Of a stretch of 64,000 nt of DNA, positions 38,601 to 53,600 are shown piece by piece. This stretch comes from the human T2T-CHM13v2.0 reference genome, Homo sapiens. The DNA lies in assembly GCF_009914755.1 (NCBI RefSeq), contig NC_060945.1. One strand, written 5' to 3'. The first letter of the stretch is position 1. Every line of letters starts with the position of its first letter. The notes beneath the pieces are model-generated. The model did not search any database and was not told where the DNA came from. It saw nothing but the letters and a program-made list of their open reading frames with translations. A program made the translations under genes and the position numbers.

Positions 38601-41600
38601 CTTTCAGACCCTCACAGCAGTGTTCTGGAATCCTATGTGAGGGACAAACCTTTAGACACATGTAGCAGTGCTCTGGAATCCTATATGAGGGTCAAACACT
38701 CAGAACACATCAGCAGTGTTCTGGAATCCTATCTGTGGAATCCTATGTGAGGGACTAACACGCAGACTCTCGTATCAGTGTTCCAGAATCTTATGTGAGG
38801 GACAAACATTCAGACCCCCGTAGTATGGTTCTGAAATCCTAAGTGAGGGACAAACATTCAGACCATAGCAGCAGTGTTCTGGTATCCTACATGAAGAATA
38901 AACATTTAGACCCACTTAGCAGTGTTCTGGAATTGTATGTTAGGGACAAACACTCAGAACCCAGCAGCAGTGTTCTGCAATCCTATCTGAGGGAGAAACT
39001 TTCGGACCAGAGCAGGAGTGTTCGGGGATCCTCTGTGAGGTACAATCATTCAGATTTTTGTAGCAGTGTTCTGGAATCCTATGTGAGGGAGAAACACTCA
39101 GAAATCAGCAGCAGTGTTCTGGAATCCTTTGTGAGGGACAAACATTCAGACAACAGCAGCAGTGTTCTGTAATACTATGTGAGGGAAAAACATTTAGACC
39201 CACGTACTAGTGTTCTGCAATTGTACGTGAGGGACAAACCCTCAGAACCCAACCGTAGTGTTCTGGAATTCTAAGTGAGGAACAAACATTCAGACCACAG
39301 CAGGAGTGTTCTGGAATCCTATGTGATGGAGAATAATTCAGAACCTCGTAGCAGTATTCTGGAATCCTATGTGATGGACAACATTCAGACCCTCGTAGCA
39401 GTTTTCTGGAATCCTGTATGAGGGACAAACATTTAGACCCACGTAGCTGTGTTCTGGAATCATAAGTGAGGGTCAAACACTCAGAACCCAGCAGCACTGT
39501 CCTGGAATTCTATCTGTGGGAGAACCATTCAGACAAGAGCAGGAATATTCTGGAATGCTATGTGAGGGACAGTCATTCAGACACAGCTGGGGTGCTCTGG
39601 AATCCTACGTGTGGGACAAACATTCAGAACCTTGTAACATTGTTCTGGAATCCAAAGTGAGGGACAAACATTCAGACCACAGCAGGAGTGTTCTTTTATC
39701 CTACGTGAGGGACAGAGATTAATACCCTCTTAGCAGTGTTCTGTAATCCTATATGAGGTACAAACTTTCAGACAACAACAGCAGTATTCTGGAATCCTAC
39801 GTGAGGAACAAACATTCAGACCACAGGAGGAGTGTTCTGGAATCCTATGTGAGGGGCATTCAGACCACAGCAGTAGTTTTCTGGAATCCTATGTGGGGGA
39901 CTAACATTCGGACCATCGTAGCAGTGTTCTATAATCTTATGTGAGGGACAAACATTCAGACCCTCGTAGCAGTGTACTGGAATCGTTCGTGAGAGACAAA
40001 AACTCATAACCCAACAGCAGTGTTCTGGGATCCTAAGTAAGGGACAAATATTCAGACCATAGCAAGAGTGTTCTGGAATCCTACGTGATGGAGAATAATT
40101 CAGAACCTCGTAGGAGTGTTCTCGTATCCTATGTAATGGGCAAAGTTTCAGACCCTCGTACCCGTGTTCTGGAATCCTAAGTAATGGACAAACATTTAGA
40201 CCCACGTAGCAGTGTTCTGGAATCGTCGGTGAGGGACCAACTCTCAGAACCCATCAGCAGTGTTCTGGAATCCTATCTGAAGGAGAAACATTCAGACTAC
40301 AGCAGGAGTGTTCTGGAATCCTATGTGAGCTACAATCATTCAGACATTCGTAGCAATGTTGTGGAATCCTATGTGAGGGAGAAACATTCAGACCACAGCA
40401 GGAGTTTTCTGGAATCCTATGAGAGGGACAATCATTCAGTCCACAGCTGAGGTGTTCTGGAATCCTACGTGTTGGACAAACATTCAGATCACAGCCGGAG
40501 TGTTCTGGAATACTATGTGAGGGACATTCAGACCACAGCAGGAGTCTTCTGGAATCCTATGTGAGGGACAACTTTCAGACCACAGCAGCAGTGTTCTGGA
40601 ATCCTTTCTGAGGGACAAACTTTCAGACCCTCTTAGCAGTGTTCTGGAATCCTATAAGAAGGACAAATCTTTAGACCTACGTAGCAGTGTTCTGGAATCG
40701 TACGTGAGGGACAAACACTCAGAAACCAGCAGCAATTTTCTGGAATCCGCTCTGAGGTAGAAACATTCAGACCAGAGCAGAAGTGTTCTGGAATCATATG
40801 TGAGTGCAAACACTCAGAAATCAGCAGCAGTGTTCTGGAATCCGCTCTGAGGTAGAAACATTCAGACCAGAGCAGAAGTGTTCTGGAATCATATGTGAGT
40901 GCAAACACTCAGAAATCAGCAGCAGTGTTCTGGAATCCTATGTGAGAGTCAATCATTCAGACAAAATCTGGTATGATTTGGAATCCTACGTGTGGGACAA
41001 ACATTCAGACCCTCCTAGCATTGTTCTGGAATCCTCAGTGAGGGACAAACTTTCAGACGACAGCAGGAGTGTTCTGGAATCCTATGTGAAGGACCAAGAT
41101 ACAGACCATCGTAGCAGTGTTCTGGAATCCTATCTGAGGGAGAAACATTCAGACCACAGCCGGATTGTTCTGTAATCCTATGTGAGGTAAAATCATTTAG
41201 ACCCACGTAGCATTTCTCTGGAATCCTAAGTGAAGAAGACACATTCAGACCACAGGAGGAGTGTTCTGGAATCCTATGTGAGGGACAAACTTTCAGAACA
41301 CAGCAGCACTGCTCTGGAATCCCATGTGAGGGACAAACATTCAGAACCTCGTAGCAGTGTTCTGGAATATTATGTGAGGGACAAACATTCAGACTCTCGT
41401 AGCAGAGTTATGGAATCCTATGTGAAGGAGAAACATTCAGAAAAGAGAAGGAGTGTTCTGGAATCCTATCTGAGGGAGAAACATTCAGAACCTTGTAGCA
41501 GTGTTCTGGAATCCTATGTGAGGGTGAAACAGAACCCAGTAGCAGTGTTCTGGAATCTTATTTGGGGGACAATCATTCGGACCACAGATGGCGTGTTCTA

Positions 41601-44600
41601 TAATCCCATGTGTAGCACAAGCATTCAGACCCTCGTAGCACTGTTTTGGAGTCCAAAATGAGGTACATATATTCAGACAACAGCAGGAGAGTTCTGGAAT
41701 CCTATGTGAGGGACAAAAATTTAGACCACAGCAGCAGTGTTTTGAAATCTTATGTGAGGGACCAAAATTGAGACACATGAAGCCGTGTTCTGGAATCTTA
41801 TGTGAAGGACAGATATTCAGAACCCCGTAGCAGTGGTCTGGAATCCTTTGTGAGGGAGAAACACTCAGAACCCAGATGCAGTGTTCTGGAATCCTATATG
41901 AGGGACAGTCATTCAGACCACAGCTAGTGTGTTCTGGAATCCTGAGTGTGGGAGAAACATTCAGACCCTCGTAACACTGTTCAGAATCTTATGTGAGGGA
42001 AAAGCTTTCAGACCACAGCAGCAGTGTTCTGGAATCCTCTGTGAGGGACAAACATTCAGACCACAGCAGCAGAGTTCTGGAATCCTAAGACAGGGACAAA
42101 TATTCAGACCACAGCAGGAGAGTTCTGAAATCCTATGTGACAGACAAACATTTATACCCAAGTAGCAGTGTTGGAATCGTTCGTGAGGGACAAACACTAA
42201 GAAACCAACAGCAGTGGTCTATAATCATAAGTGAGGGACAAACATTCAGACGACAGCAGGAGTGTTCTGGAATCCTACGTGATGGAAAATAGTTCAGAAC
42301 CTCGTAGCAGTGTTCTCGAATCCTATGTAATGGACAAACTTTCAGACCCTCGTAGCAGTGTTCTGGAATCCTAAGTAATGGACAAACGTAGACCCACGTA
42401 GCAGTGTTCTAGAATCGTACTTGAGGAACAAACACTCAGAACCCAGCAGCAGTGTTCTGGAATCCTATCTGAGGGAGAAACATTCAGAACAGAGCAGGAG
42501 TGTTCTGGAATCCTATGTGAGGAAGAATCATTCAGACATTCGTAGCAGTGTTCTGGAATCCTATGTGAGGGAGAAACATTCAGACCAGAGCAGGAGTGTT
42601 CTGGAATCCTATGTAAGGAACAATCATTCAGAACACTGCTGGGTTTTTCTGGAATCCTACATGTGGGACAAACATTCAGACAACAGCAGGAGTGTTCTGG
42701 GATCCTATGTGAGGGACAAACATTCAGACCACAACAGCAATGTTCTGGAATCCTGGGTGAGGAACAAACATTCAGAATCCTGTAGCAGTGTTCTGGAATC
42801 TTATGTGAGGGACAAACATTCAGACCACAGCAGGAGGGTTCTGGAATCCTATGTGAAGGACAAACATTTAGACACACGTTGTAGTGTTGTGGAATCATAT
42901 GTGAGGGACAAACACTCAGAACCCAAAAGCAGTGTTCTGGAATCTTATGTGGTGGACAAATATTTAGACTCACGTAGCAGTGTTCTGGAATCGTACATGA
43001 GGGGCAAACTCTCAGAACACAGCAGCAGTGTTCTCAAATCCTATCTGAGGGAGAAACATTCAGACCAGAGCACGAGTGTTCTGGAGTGCTACGTGTGGTA
43101 CAATCATTTAGACTCTCGTAGCAGTGTTCTGGAATCCTATGTGAGGGAGAAAATTCCAGACCCCAGCAACATTGTTCTGGAATCCTATGTGAGAGAGAAA
43201 CATTCAGACCACAGCAGGAATATTCTGGAATCCTATGTGAGGGACAAACATTTAGACACATGTAGCAGTGTTCTGGAATCATAAGTGAGGGACAAACATT
43301 CAGACCAAAGCAGGAGTCTTCAGGAATCCTTTGTGAGGGACAAAATTCAGAACACAGCAGCAGTGTTCTGGAATCATATCTGAGGGACAAATTTTCAGAA
43401 CGTCGTAGCAGTGTTCTGGAATCCTATAAGTGAGACAAACATTTAGACCCACGTAGCAGTGTTCTGGAATCTTACGTGGGGGACAAACATTCAGACAACA
43501 GCAGCAGTGTTCTGGAATCCTAAATGAGGGACAAACATTTAGACCAAAGCAGCAGTGCTCTGGAATCCTACAGGAGGGTCAAACATTAAGACAAGAGCAG
43601 GAGTGTTCTAGAATCCTATGTGAGGGACAATCATTCAGGCCACACTTGGGGTGTTCTTGAATCCTGCGTGTTGGACAAATATTCAGACCCTCGTAGCATC
43701 GCTCTGGAATCTTAATTGTGCGACAAACGTTCAAACAACAGTAGTAGTGTTCTGGAATCCTAAGTGAGGGACAAACATTCAGACCACAGCAGGAATGTTC
43801 TGGAATATTACGTGACGGACAAATATTCAGACCACAGCTGGATTTTTCTGGAATCCTATGTGATTCCATTAGACCCACGTAGAAGTGTTCTGGAATCATA
43901 CGTGAGGGACAAACACTCAGAACCCAAGAGCAGTGTGCTTCAATTCTAAATGATGGACAAATATTCAGAAGACCGGAGGAGTGTTCTGGAATCCTATGTG
44001 ACGAAGAATAATTCAGAACCTCGTAGCAGTGTTCTCTAATCCTATGTGATGGACAATTTTCAGACGCTCTTAGCAATATTATAGAATCCTATGTGATGGA
44101 CAAACATTTAGACCCACTTAGCAGTGTTCTGGAATCGAACGTAAGGGACAAACACTCAGAACCCAGCAGCAGTGTTCTGGAATCCTAACTGAGGGATAAA
44201 CATGTAGACCATAGCAGGAGTCTTCTGGAATCCTATGTGAGGAACAATCGTTCAGACCACAGCTGGGGTGTTCTGGAATCCTATGTGAGGGACAAACATT
44301 CAGACCTTCATAGCATTATTCTGGAATCCTAGGTGAGGGACAAACATTGAGACCACAGCAGGAGTGTTCTGGAATCCTAAATGAGGGACAAACATTCAGA
44401 CCCTCGTAGCAGTGTTGTGGAATCATGTGAGGGACAAACATTCAGACCCTCATAACAGTGTTCTGGAATCCTAAGTGAGGGACAATCACTCATAACCCAG
44501 CAGCAGCGTTCTGGAATCCTATGTGAGGGACAAACACTCAGACTTTCGCAGGAGTGTTGTGGAATCATTTGTGAGGGACAAACATTCAGAACACAGCAGC

Positions 44601-47600
44601 AGTGTTCTGGAATCCTAGTGGAGGGACAAACATACAGACCACAGCAGGAGTGTTCTGGAATCCTATGTGAGTGACTAACATTCAGACAGCAGTAGCAGTC
44701 TTCTGGAATCCTACGTGAGGGACAAACATTCAGACGAGAGCAGGAGTGTTCTGGAATCCTATGTGAGGGACAATCATTCAGATCACAGCTGGGGTGTTCT
44801 GGAATCCTGCATGTTGGACAAACATTCAGACCCTCGTAGCATTGTTCTGGAATCCTAAGTGAGAGACAAACATTCAGACCACAGCATGAATGTTCTGGAA
44901 TCCTATGTGAGTGACAAACTGTTAGACCCACGTAGCAGTGTTCGGGAATCGTACGTGAGGGACAAAAACTCAGAACCCAACAGCAGTGTTCTGGAATCTT
45001 AAGTGACGGACAAATATTCAGAGGACAGTAGGAGTGTTCTGGAATCCTATGTGACGGAGAATAATTCAGAACCTCGTAGCAGTGCTCTGGAATCCTATCT
45101 GATGAACAACTTTCAGACGCTTGTAACAATATTTTAGAATCCTATGTGATGGACAAACATTTAGACCCACTTAGCAGTGTTCTGGAAACGAACGTAAGGG
45201 ACAAACACTCAGAACCCAGCAGCAGTGTACTAGAATCCTAACTGAGGGAGAAACATTAAGAATAGAGCAGGAGTGTTCTGGAATCCTATGTGATGGAGAA
45301 AAATTCAGAACCCCCAGCACTGTTCTGAAATCCTATGTGATTGAGAAACGTTCAAATCACGGGAGCACTGTTCTGGTGTCCTAAGTGAGGGACAAGCATT
45401 GAGACCACAGCAGCAGTGTTCTGGAATCCTATGTGAGGGACAAACATTCAGACCCTCGTAGGAGTGTTCTGAAATCTTATGTGAGGGACAATCATTCAGA
45501 CCCTATTAGCAATGTTCTGGAATCCTATTTGAGGGAGAAACACTCAGAACCCAGCAGCAGTGTTCTGGAATACTAAGTGATGGACTAACATTCAGACCAC
45601 ACCAGCAGTGTTCTGCAATCCTATGTGAAGGACAAACATTTAGACCCACGTAGAAGTGTTCTGGAATCGTACGTGAAGAAAAAACACTCAGAACCCAACA
45701 GCAGTGTTCTGGAATCTCAAGTGAGAGACGAACATTCTGAACACAGCAGGAGTGTTCTGGAATCCTATGTGACAGAGAATAATTCAGAACCTCACAACCG
45801 TGTTATCGAATCCTATGTGACAGACAAACTTTCAGACCCTAGTAGCAGTGTTCTTGAATCCTATTTGAGGGACAAACACTGAGAATCCAGCAGCATGGTC
45901 CCGGAGTCCTATGGGAGGGACAAACCTTCAGACCACGGCAGCAGTGTTCTGGAATACAATGTGAAGGAGAAATGTTTAGACCCACGTAGCAGAGTTCTGG
46001 AATCGTATGTGTGGGACAAACACTCAGAACCCAGCAGCAGTGTTCTGGAATCCTACTTGAGGGTGAAACATTCAAACCAGAGCAGGAAATTCCTGTAATC
46101 CTAAGTGAGGTACAATAAATCAGACCATCATGGCAGTGTTCTGGAATCCAATGTGAGGGAGAAGCATGCAGAACCCAGCAGCAGTCTTCTGGAATCCTAT
46201 GTGAGGGACAAATATTCAGACCACATCAGCAGTGTTCTGGAACACTATGTGAGGGACAAACACGTAGACCCACGTGCAGTGTTCTGGAATCATAAGTGAG
46301 GGAGAAACACTCAGAATCCAGCAGCAGTGTTCTGGTGTTGTATCTGAGGGAGAAACATTCAGATCAGAGCAGGAATGTTCTGGAATCCTATGTGAGGTAC
46401 AAACGATCAGACACTGGTAGCAGTCTTCTGGAATCCTATATGAGGGATAAACACTCAGATCCCAGCAGCAGTGTTCTGGAATCCTATTCGAGGGAGAAAC
46501 ATTCAGACCAGAGCAGGAGTGTTGTGGACGCCTATGTGAGTGACAAACACTCAGAGAAAAGGAGCAGTGTTCTGGAATCCTATGTGAGTGACAAACACTC
46601 AGAGAAAAGGAGCAATGTTCTGGAATCCTATGTGAGGGCCAATCATTCAGACCACAACTGGGTTGTTGTGGAATCCTATGTGTGGGACAAACATTCAGAC
46701 CTTCATAGCATTGTTCTGGAATCCTACCTGAGGGACAAACATTCAGACCACAGCAGAAATGTTCTGGAATCCTATGTGATGGACAAATATTCAGACCACA
46801 GCAGGAGTGTTCTGGAATCCTATGTGAGTTACAAAATTGTAGACCCACGTAGCAGTGTTCTGGAATCGTAAGTGAGGAACAAACACTCAGAACCCAACAG
46901 CAGTGTGCTGGAATCCTAAGTGACGGACAAATATTCAGACAACAGGAGTGTTCTGGAATCCTATGTGACAGAGAATGATTCGGAACCTCGTACCAGTGTT
47001 CTGAAATCCTATGTGATGGACACCTTTCAGACGCTTGTAGCAATATTCTAGAATCCTATGTGATGGACTAAAATTTAGACCCACGTAGCAGTGTTCTGGA
47101 ATCGAATGTAAGGGACAAATACTCAGAACGCAGCAGTGTTCTGGAATCCTAACTGAGGGAGAAACATTCAGACGAGAGCAGGAGTGTTCTGGAATCCTAT
47201 AGGAGGAACATTCATACCAAAGCTGGGGTTTTCTGGAATCCCACGTGCAGGGCAAACATTGAGACCACAGTAGGAGTTTTCTGGAATCCTATGTGATGGA
47301 GAATAATTCAGAACCCCGTAGCACTGTTCTGGAATCCCATGTGACGGAGAAATGTTCAAACGACAGGAGCACTGTTCCTGTATCCTAAGTGAGGGACAAG
47401 CATTCAGACCACAGCAGCAGTGTTCTGGAATCCTATGTGAGGGACAGACATTGAGACCCTCGTAGGAGTGTTCTGGAATCTTATGTGAGGGATAAACATT
47501 CAGACCCTCGTAACATTGTTCCGGAATCCTAAGTGAGGGACAAACATACAGACCACAGCAGGAGTGTTCTGTAATCCTATGTGAGGGACAAACATTCAGA

Positions 47601-50600
47601 CCACCAAAGGCGTGTTCTGGAATCCTATGTGAGGGACAAACATTCAGACCCTCGTAGTAGTGTTCTGGAATCTTTTGTGAGGGACAAACTTTCAGACCTC
47701 CATAGCAGTGTTCTGGAATCCTATGTGAGGGACAAACCTTCACACCACAGCATCAGTGTTCTGGAATACTATGTGATGGACAAACATTCAGACCCTCGTA
47801 GCAGTGTTCTGGAATCTTATGTGAGGGACAAACATTCAGACCCTTGTAGCATTGTTCCGGAATCCTAAGTGAGGGACAAACATACAGACAACAGCAGGAG
47901 TGTTCTGCAATTCCATGTGAGGAACAAACACTCAGAACCCAACAGCAGTGTTCTGGAATCCTAAGTAAGGGACAAACATTCAGACCACAGCAGGAGTGTT
48001 CTGGAAGCCTATGTGTGGAGAATAATTCAGAACTTCGTAGCAGTGTTCTGGAATCCTATGTGATGTACAAACGTTCAGGCCACAGCAACAGTGTTCTGGA
48101 ATCCTATGTGAGGGACAAACATTCAGAACCTCATAGCAGTGTTCTGGAATCCTATGTGAGGGAAAAACATTCATACTCTCATAGCAGTGTTCTGGAATCT
48201 TATGTGAGGGACAAACATTCAGACCTTTGTAGTAGAGATCTGGAATCCTATATAAGGGACACACACTCAGAACCCAACAGCAGTGTTTTGGAATCCTAAG
48301 TGAGGGACAAACATTCAGACCACAGCAGGAGTGTTCTGGAATCCTATGTGATGGACAACCTTTCAGACCCTCGTATCAGTGTTCTGGAATCCTATATGAT
48401 GGACAAATACTTAGACACACGTAGCAGTGTTCTGGGATCGTATGTGAGGGACAAACACTCAGAAGCCAGCATCAGTGTTCTCGAATCCTATCTGAGGGAG
48501 AAACATTCAGACCAGTGCAGGAGTGTTTTGGAATCACATATCAGGGCAAATATTTAGACACACATAGTAGTGTTCTGGAATCGTATGTGAGAGACAAACA
48601 CTCGCAACCCAACAGCAGTGTTCTGGAATCCTAAGTGAGGGACAAGCATTGAGACCACAGAAGGAGTGTTCTGAAATCCTATGTAATGGACAAAGTTTCA
48701 GACCATCGTAGCAGTGGTCTGGAATCCTATGTGTGGGACAAACATTCAGACCCTCGTAGCAGTGTTCTGGAATCCTATGTGAGGGAGAAACACTCAGAAC
48801 CCAGCAGCAGTGTTCTGGAATCTTATATGAGGGTCAATCATTCATGTCACAGCTGAGGTATTCTGGAATTCTACCTGTGGGACAAACATTGAGACCTTTG
48901 TAACATTGTTCTGGAATGCTAAGTGAGGGACAAACATTCAGAACCCAGCGGGAGTGTTCTGGAATCCTATGTGAGGGACATACATTCAGACCATAGCAGC
49001 AGTGTTCTGGAATCCTATGTGTGGGACAAACATTCAGACCCTCGTAGCAGTGTTCTGGAATCCTATGTGAGGGAGAAACACTCACAACCCAGCAGCAGTG
49101 TTCTGGAATCCTGTATGAGGAAAAAGCATTCAGACTACAGCAGCATTGTTCTGGAATAGTATGTGAGGGACAAACATTTAGACCCACGTAGCAGTGTTCT
49201 GGAATCTTACGTGAGGGACAAACACTCAGAACACACCAGCAGTGTTCTGGTATCCTGAGGGACAAACAGTCAGACGACAGCAGGTCTGTTCTGGAATCAT
49301 ATGTGACGGGGAATAATTAAGAAACTCGTAGCAGTGTCTGAAATCCTATGTGATGGAAAAACTTTCAGACCCTCGTAACACTGTTCTGGAGTCCTATATA
49401 AGGGACAAACATTTAGACCCAAGTAGCAGTGTTCTGGAATCGTACGTGAGGGACAAACACTCAGAACCCAGTAGCAGCGTTATGGAATCCTATGTGAGGG
49501 TCAATCACTCAAACCACACCTGTGGTGTTCTGAAATCCTTCGTGTGACATAAACATTCAGACACTCGTAGCATTCTTTTGGAATCCTCAGAGAGGGACAG
49601 ACATTCAGACCACAGCAGGAGTGTTCTGGAATCATATGTGAGGGACAAACATTCACAGCAGAACAGTAGTGTTCTGGATTCCTATGTCAGGTACAAACAT
49701 TCAGACCCTCATAGCAGTGTTCTGGAGTCCTATGTGGAGGAGAGACATTCAGACTCTCGTAGCAGTGTTCTGGAATCCTATGTGTGGGACAAACACTGTG
49801 AACCCAGCAGCAGTATTCTGGAATCCTATGTGAGGGAAATAACATTCAGAATACAGCAGGAGTGTTCTGGAATCCTATGTGTGGGAGAAATATTTAGACC
49901 CACGTAGCAGTGTTCTGGAATCGTAAGTGAGGGACAAACACTCAGAACCAAACAGGAGTGTTCTGGAATCCTATTTGAGGGACAAATATTCAGACACTCA
50001 TAGCAGTGTTCTGGAATTCTATGTGATGGACAAACTTTCAGACCTTTGTAGCAGCGTTCTGGAATCCTATGTGATGGACAAGCATTTAGACACACGTAGC
50101 AGTGTTCTTGGATCCTATGTGAGGGACAAACACTCAGAAGCCAGCAGCAGTGTTCTGGAATCCTATCTGAGGGAGAAATATTCAAACCAGAGCAGTAGTG
50201 TTATGGAATCCTATATGAGGTACAATCATTCAGATTCTCGAAGCAGTGTTCTGGAATCATATGTGAGGAGAAACACTCAGAACCCAGCAGCAGTGTTCTG
50301 GAATCCTATGTGAGGGAGAGTCATTCAGATCACTGCTGGGGTGTTCTGGAATCCTACGTGTGGGACAAACATTCAGACCCTCGTAGTACTGTTATGGAAT
50401 CCTAAGTGAGGAACAGACATTCAGTCCAAAGCAGTAGCGTTCTGGAATACTAAGTGAGTACAACATTCAGACAACAGCAGCAGTGTTCTGGAATCTTGTT
50501 TGAGGGACAAAGTTTCAGATCCTCTTAGCAGCGTTCTCAAATCCCATATGTGGGGCAAACATTCTGTCCCACGTAGCAGTGTTCTGGAATAGTACGTGAG

Positions 50601-53600
50601 GGAAAAACCCTCAATCCCAGCAACAGTTTTCTGGAATCCTATATGAGGGACAAACATTCAGACCACAGCAGGAGTGTTCTGGAATCCTATGGGACGGACA
50701 AACATTTAGACCCACATAGCAGTGTTCTGGAATCTTACACGAGGGACTAAATCTCAGAACCCAACAGCAGTGATCTGGAATCCTAAGTAAGGGACAAACA
50801 TTCAGAACACAGCAGGAGTGTTCTGAAATCCTATGTGACATAGAATAGTTCAGAACCTCGTAGCAGTGTTCTGTAATCCTATGTGATGAACAAAAATTCA
50901 GACCACAGCAGCAGTGTTCTGGAATCCTAAATGAGGGATGAACATTCAGACAACTGCAGAAGTGTTCTGGAATCCTATGTTAGGGACAAACATTCAGACC
51001 ACAGCATCAGTGTTCTGGAATCCTATGTGAGAGACAAACATTCAGAGCCTCGTAGCAGTGTTCTGGAGTCCTATGTGAGGGACAAACATTTACACCCACC
51101 TAGCAGTGTTCTTGAAATGTACTTGAGGGACAAGCACTCAGAACCCAACAGCAGTGTTCTCAAATCCTAAACGAGGGACAAACATTCAGACCACAGCAGG
51201 AGTGTTCTGGAATCTTTTGTGATGAACAAAAATTCAGACCACAGCAGCAGTGTTCTGGAATAGCATGTGAGGTACAAACATTCAGACCCTTGTAGCTGTG
51301 TTTTGGAATCTTATGTGAAGGAGATACACTCAGAATCCACCAGCAGTGTTCTGGAATCCTATGTGAGGTACAAACATTCAGATCACAGCAGGAGTGTTAT
51401 GGAATCCTATGAGAGTTACAAACATTAAGACTCACGTAGCAGTGTTCTGGAATCGTAAGTGAGGGACAAACACTTAGAACCCAGCAGCAGTGTTCTGGAA
51501 TCCTAAGTGAGGGACAATCATTCAAAGCACAGTAGGAGTGTTCTGGAATCCCATGAGAGGGAGAAACACATAAAATGCAGCAGCAGTATTCTGGAATCTT
51601 ATGTGAGGGACAATCATTCAGACCACAGCTGGGGTGTTCTGGAATCCTACGTGTGGGACAAACATACAGACCCCCGTAGCATTGTTCCAGAATCCTAAGT
51701 GAAGGACAAACATACAGACCACAGCAGGAGTGTTCTGGAATCCTATGTGAGGGACAAACACTCTGACCACAGCAGCAGTGTTCTGGAATCGTGGGTGAGG
51801 GACAAACATTCAGACCACAGCAGGAGTGTTCTGGAATCCTATGTGAGGGATAAACATTCAGACGAAAGCAGCAGTGTTGTGGAACCCTATCTGAGGGACA
51901 AACATTCAGACCCTCGTAGCAGTGTTCTGGAACCTTATGTGATGGACAAACATTCAGACCTTCGTAGCTGTGTTCTGGAATCCTATATGAGCGACAAACA
52001 CTCGAAACCCAGCAGCAGTGTTCTGGAATCCTATGTGAGGCAAAAACATTCAGACCATCGTAACAGTGTTCTGGAATCTTTTGTTCGGGAGAAACATTCA
52101 GAACCTCGTAGCAGTGTACTGGAATCCTATGTGAGGGAAAAACATTCAGAACCCGGCAGCAATGTTCTGGAATCCTATGTGAGGGACAAAGATTTATTCC
52201 TACGTAGCAGTGTTCTTGAATCGTACGTGAGGGGCAAACACTCAGAACCCAACAGCAGTGTTCTGGAATCCTAAGTGGGGGACAAAAATTCAGACCACAG
52301 CAGGAGTGTTGTAGAATCCTATACGATGGAGAATATTTCAGAACCCCGTAGAAGTGTTCTAGAATCCTATATGATGGACAAATTTTCAGACTCTCTTAGC
52401 AGTGTTCTGGAATTCTGTGTTATGGACAATCATTTAGACCCACGTAGCATTGTTCTGGAATCTTACGTGAGGTACAAACACTCAGAAAACAGCAGCAGTG
52501 TTCTGGACACCTATCTGTGGGACAAATATTCAGACAACAGCATGATTTTTCTGGAATCTTATGTGAGGTACAATCATTCAGACCCTCGTAGCAGTGTTCT
52601 CGAATCCTATGTGAGGCAGAAAAATTCAGACCAAAGCAGGAGTGTTCTAGAATCCTATGTGACGGAGAACAATTCAGAACCTCGTAGAGTTGTTCTGGAA
52701 TCCTATGTGATGGATAAACATACAGACCACATCATCAGTGTTCTGGAATCCTAAGTGTGGGACAAACATTCAGACCCTCGTAGCACTGTTCTGGAATCCT
52801 AAGTGAGGGACAAACATTCAGTCCACAGCAGGAGGGTTCTAGAATCCTAAGTGAGGACAACATTCAGACCACAGCAGCAGTGTTCTGGAATCCTATTTAA
52901 GGGACAAACTTTCAGATCCTCTTAGCAGTGTTCTCAAATCCTATATGAGGTACAAACATGCAGACTCACGTAGCCTTGTTCTGGAATCGTACGTGAGGGA
53001 CAAATACTCAATCCCAGCAACAGTTTTCTGGAATCCTATCTGAGGGAAAAACATTCAGACTACAGCAGGAGTGTTGTGGAATTCTATGTGACAGACAAAT
53101 ATTTAGACCCACATAGCAGTGTTCTGGAATCGTACTTGAGGGACAAAAACTCAGAACCCAAGAGCAGAGTTCTGGAATCCTAAGTGAGGGACAAACATTC
53201 AGACCACAACAGGAGTGCTCTAGAATTCTATGTGAGGGACAAACATACAGACCACAGCAGCAATGTTTTGGAATCCAATGTGAGAGACAAACATTCAGAC
53301 CACAGCAACAGTGTTCTGGAATCCTGGGTAAGGGACAAACATTCAGACCACAGCAGGAGTGTTCTGGAGTCCTATGTGAGGAACAAACATTCAGACCCTC
53401 ATATCAGTGTTCCGGAATCTTGTGTGAGGGACAAACACTGAGAACCCAGCAGCAGTGTTCTGGAATCCAATGTGATGGATAAACTTTCAGACATTCGTAG
53501 GAGTGTTCTGGAATCCTTTGTGATGGACAAACACTTAGACCCACGTAACAGTGTCCTGGAATCTTACGTGACGGAAATCCACTCAGAACCCAGCAGTAGT

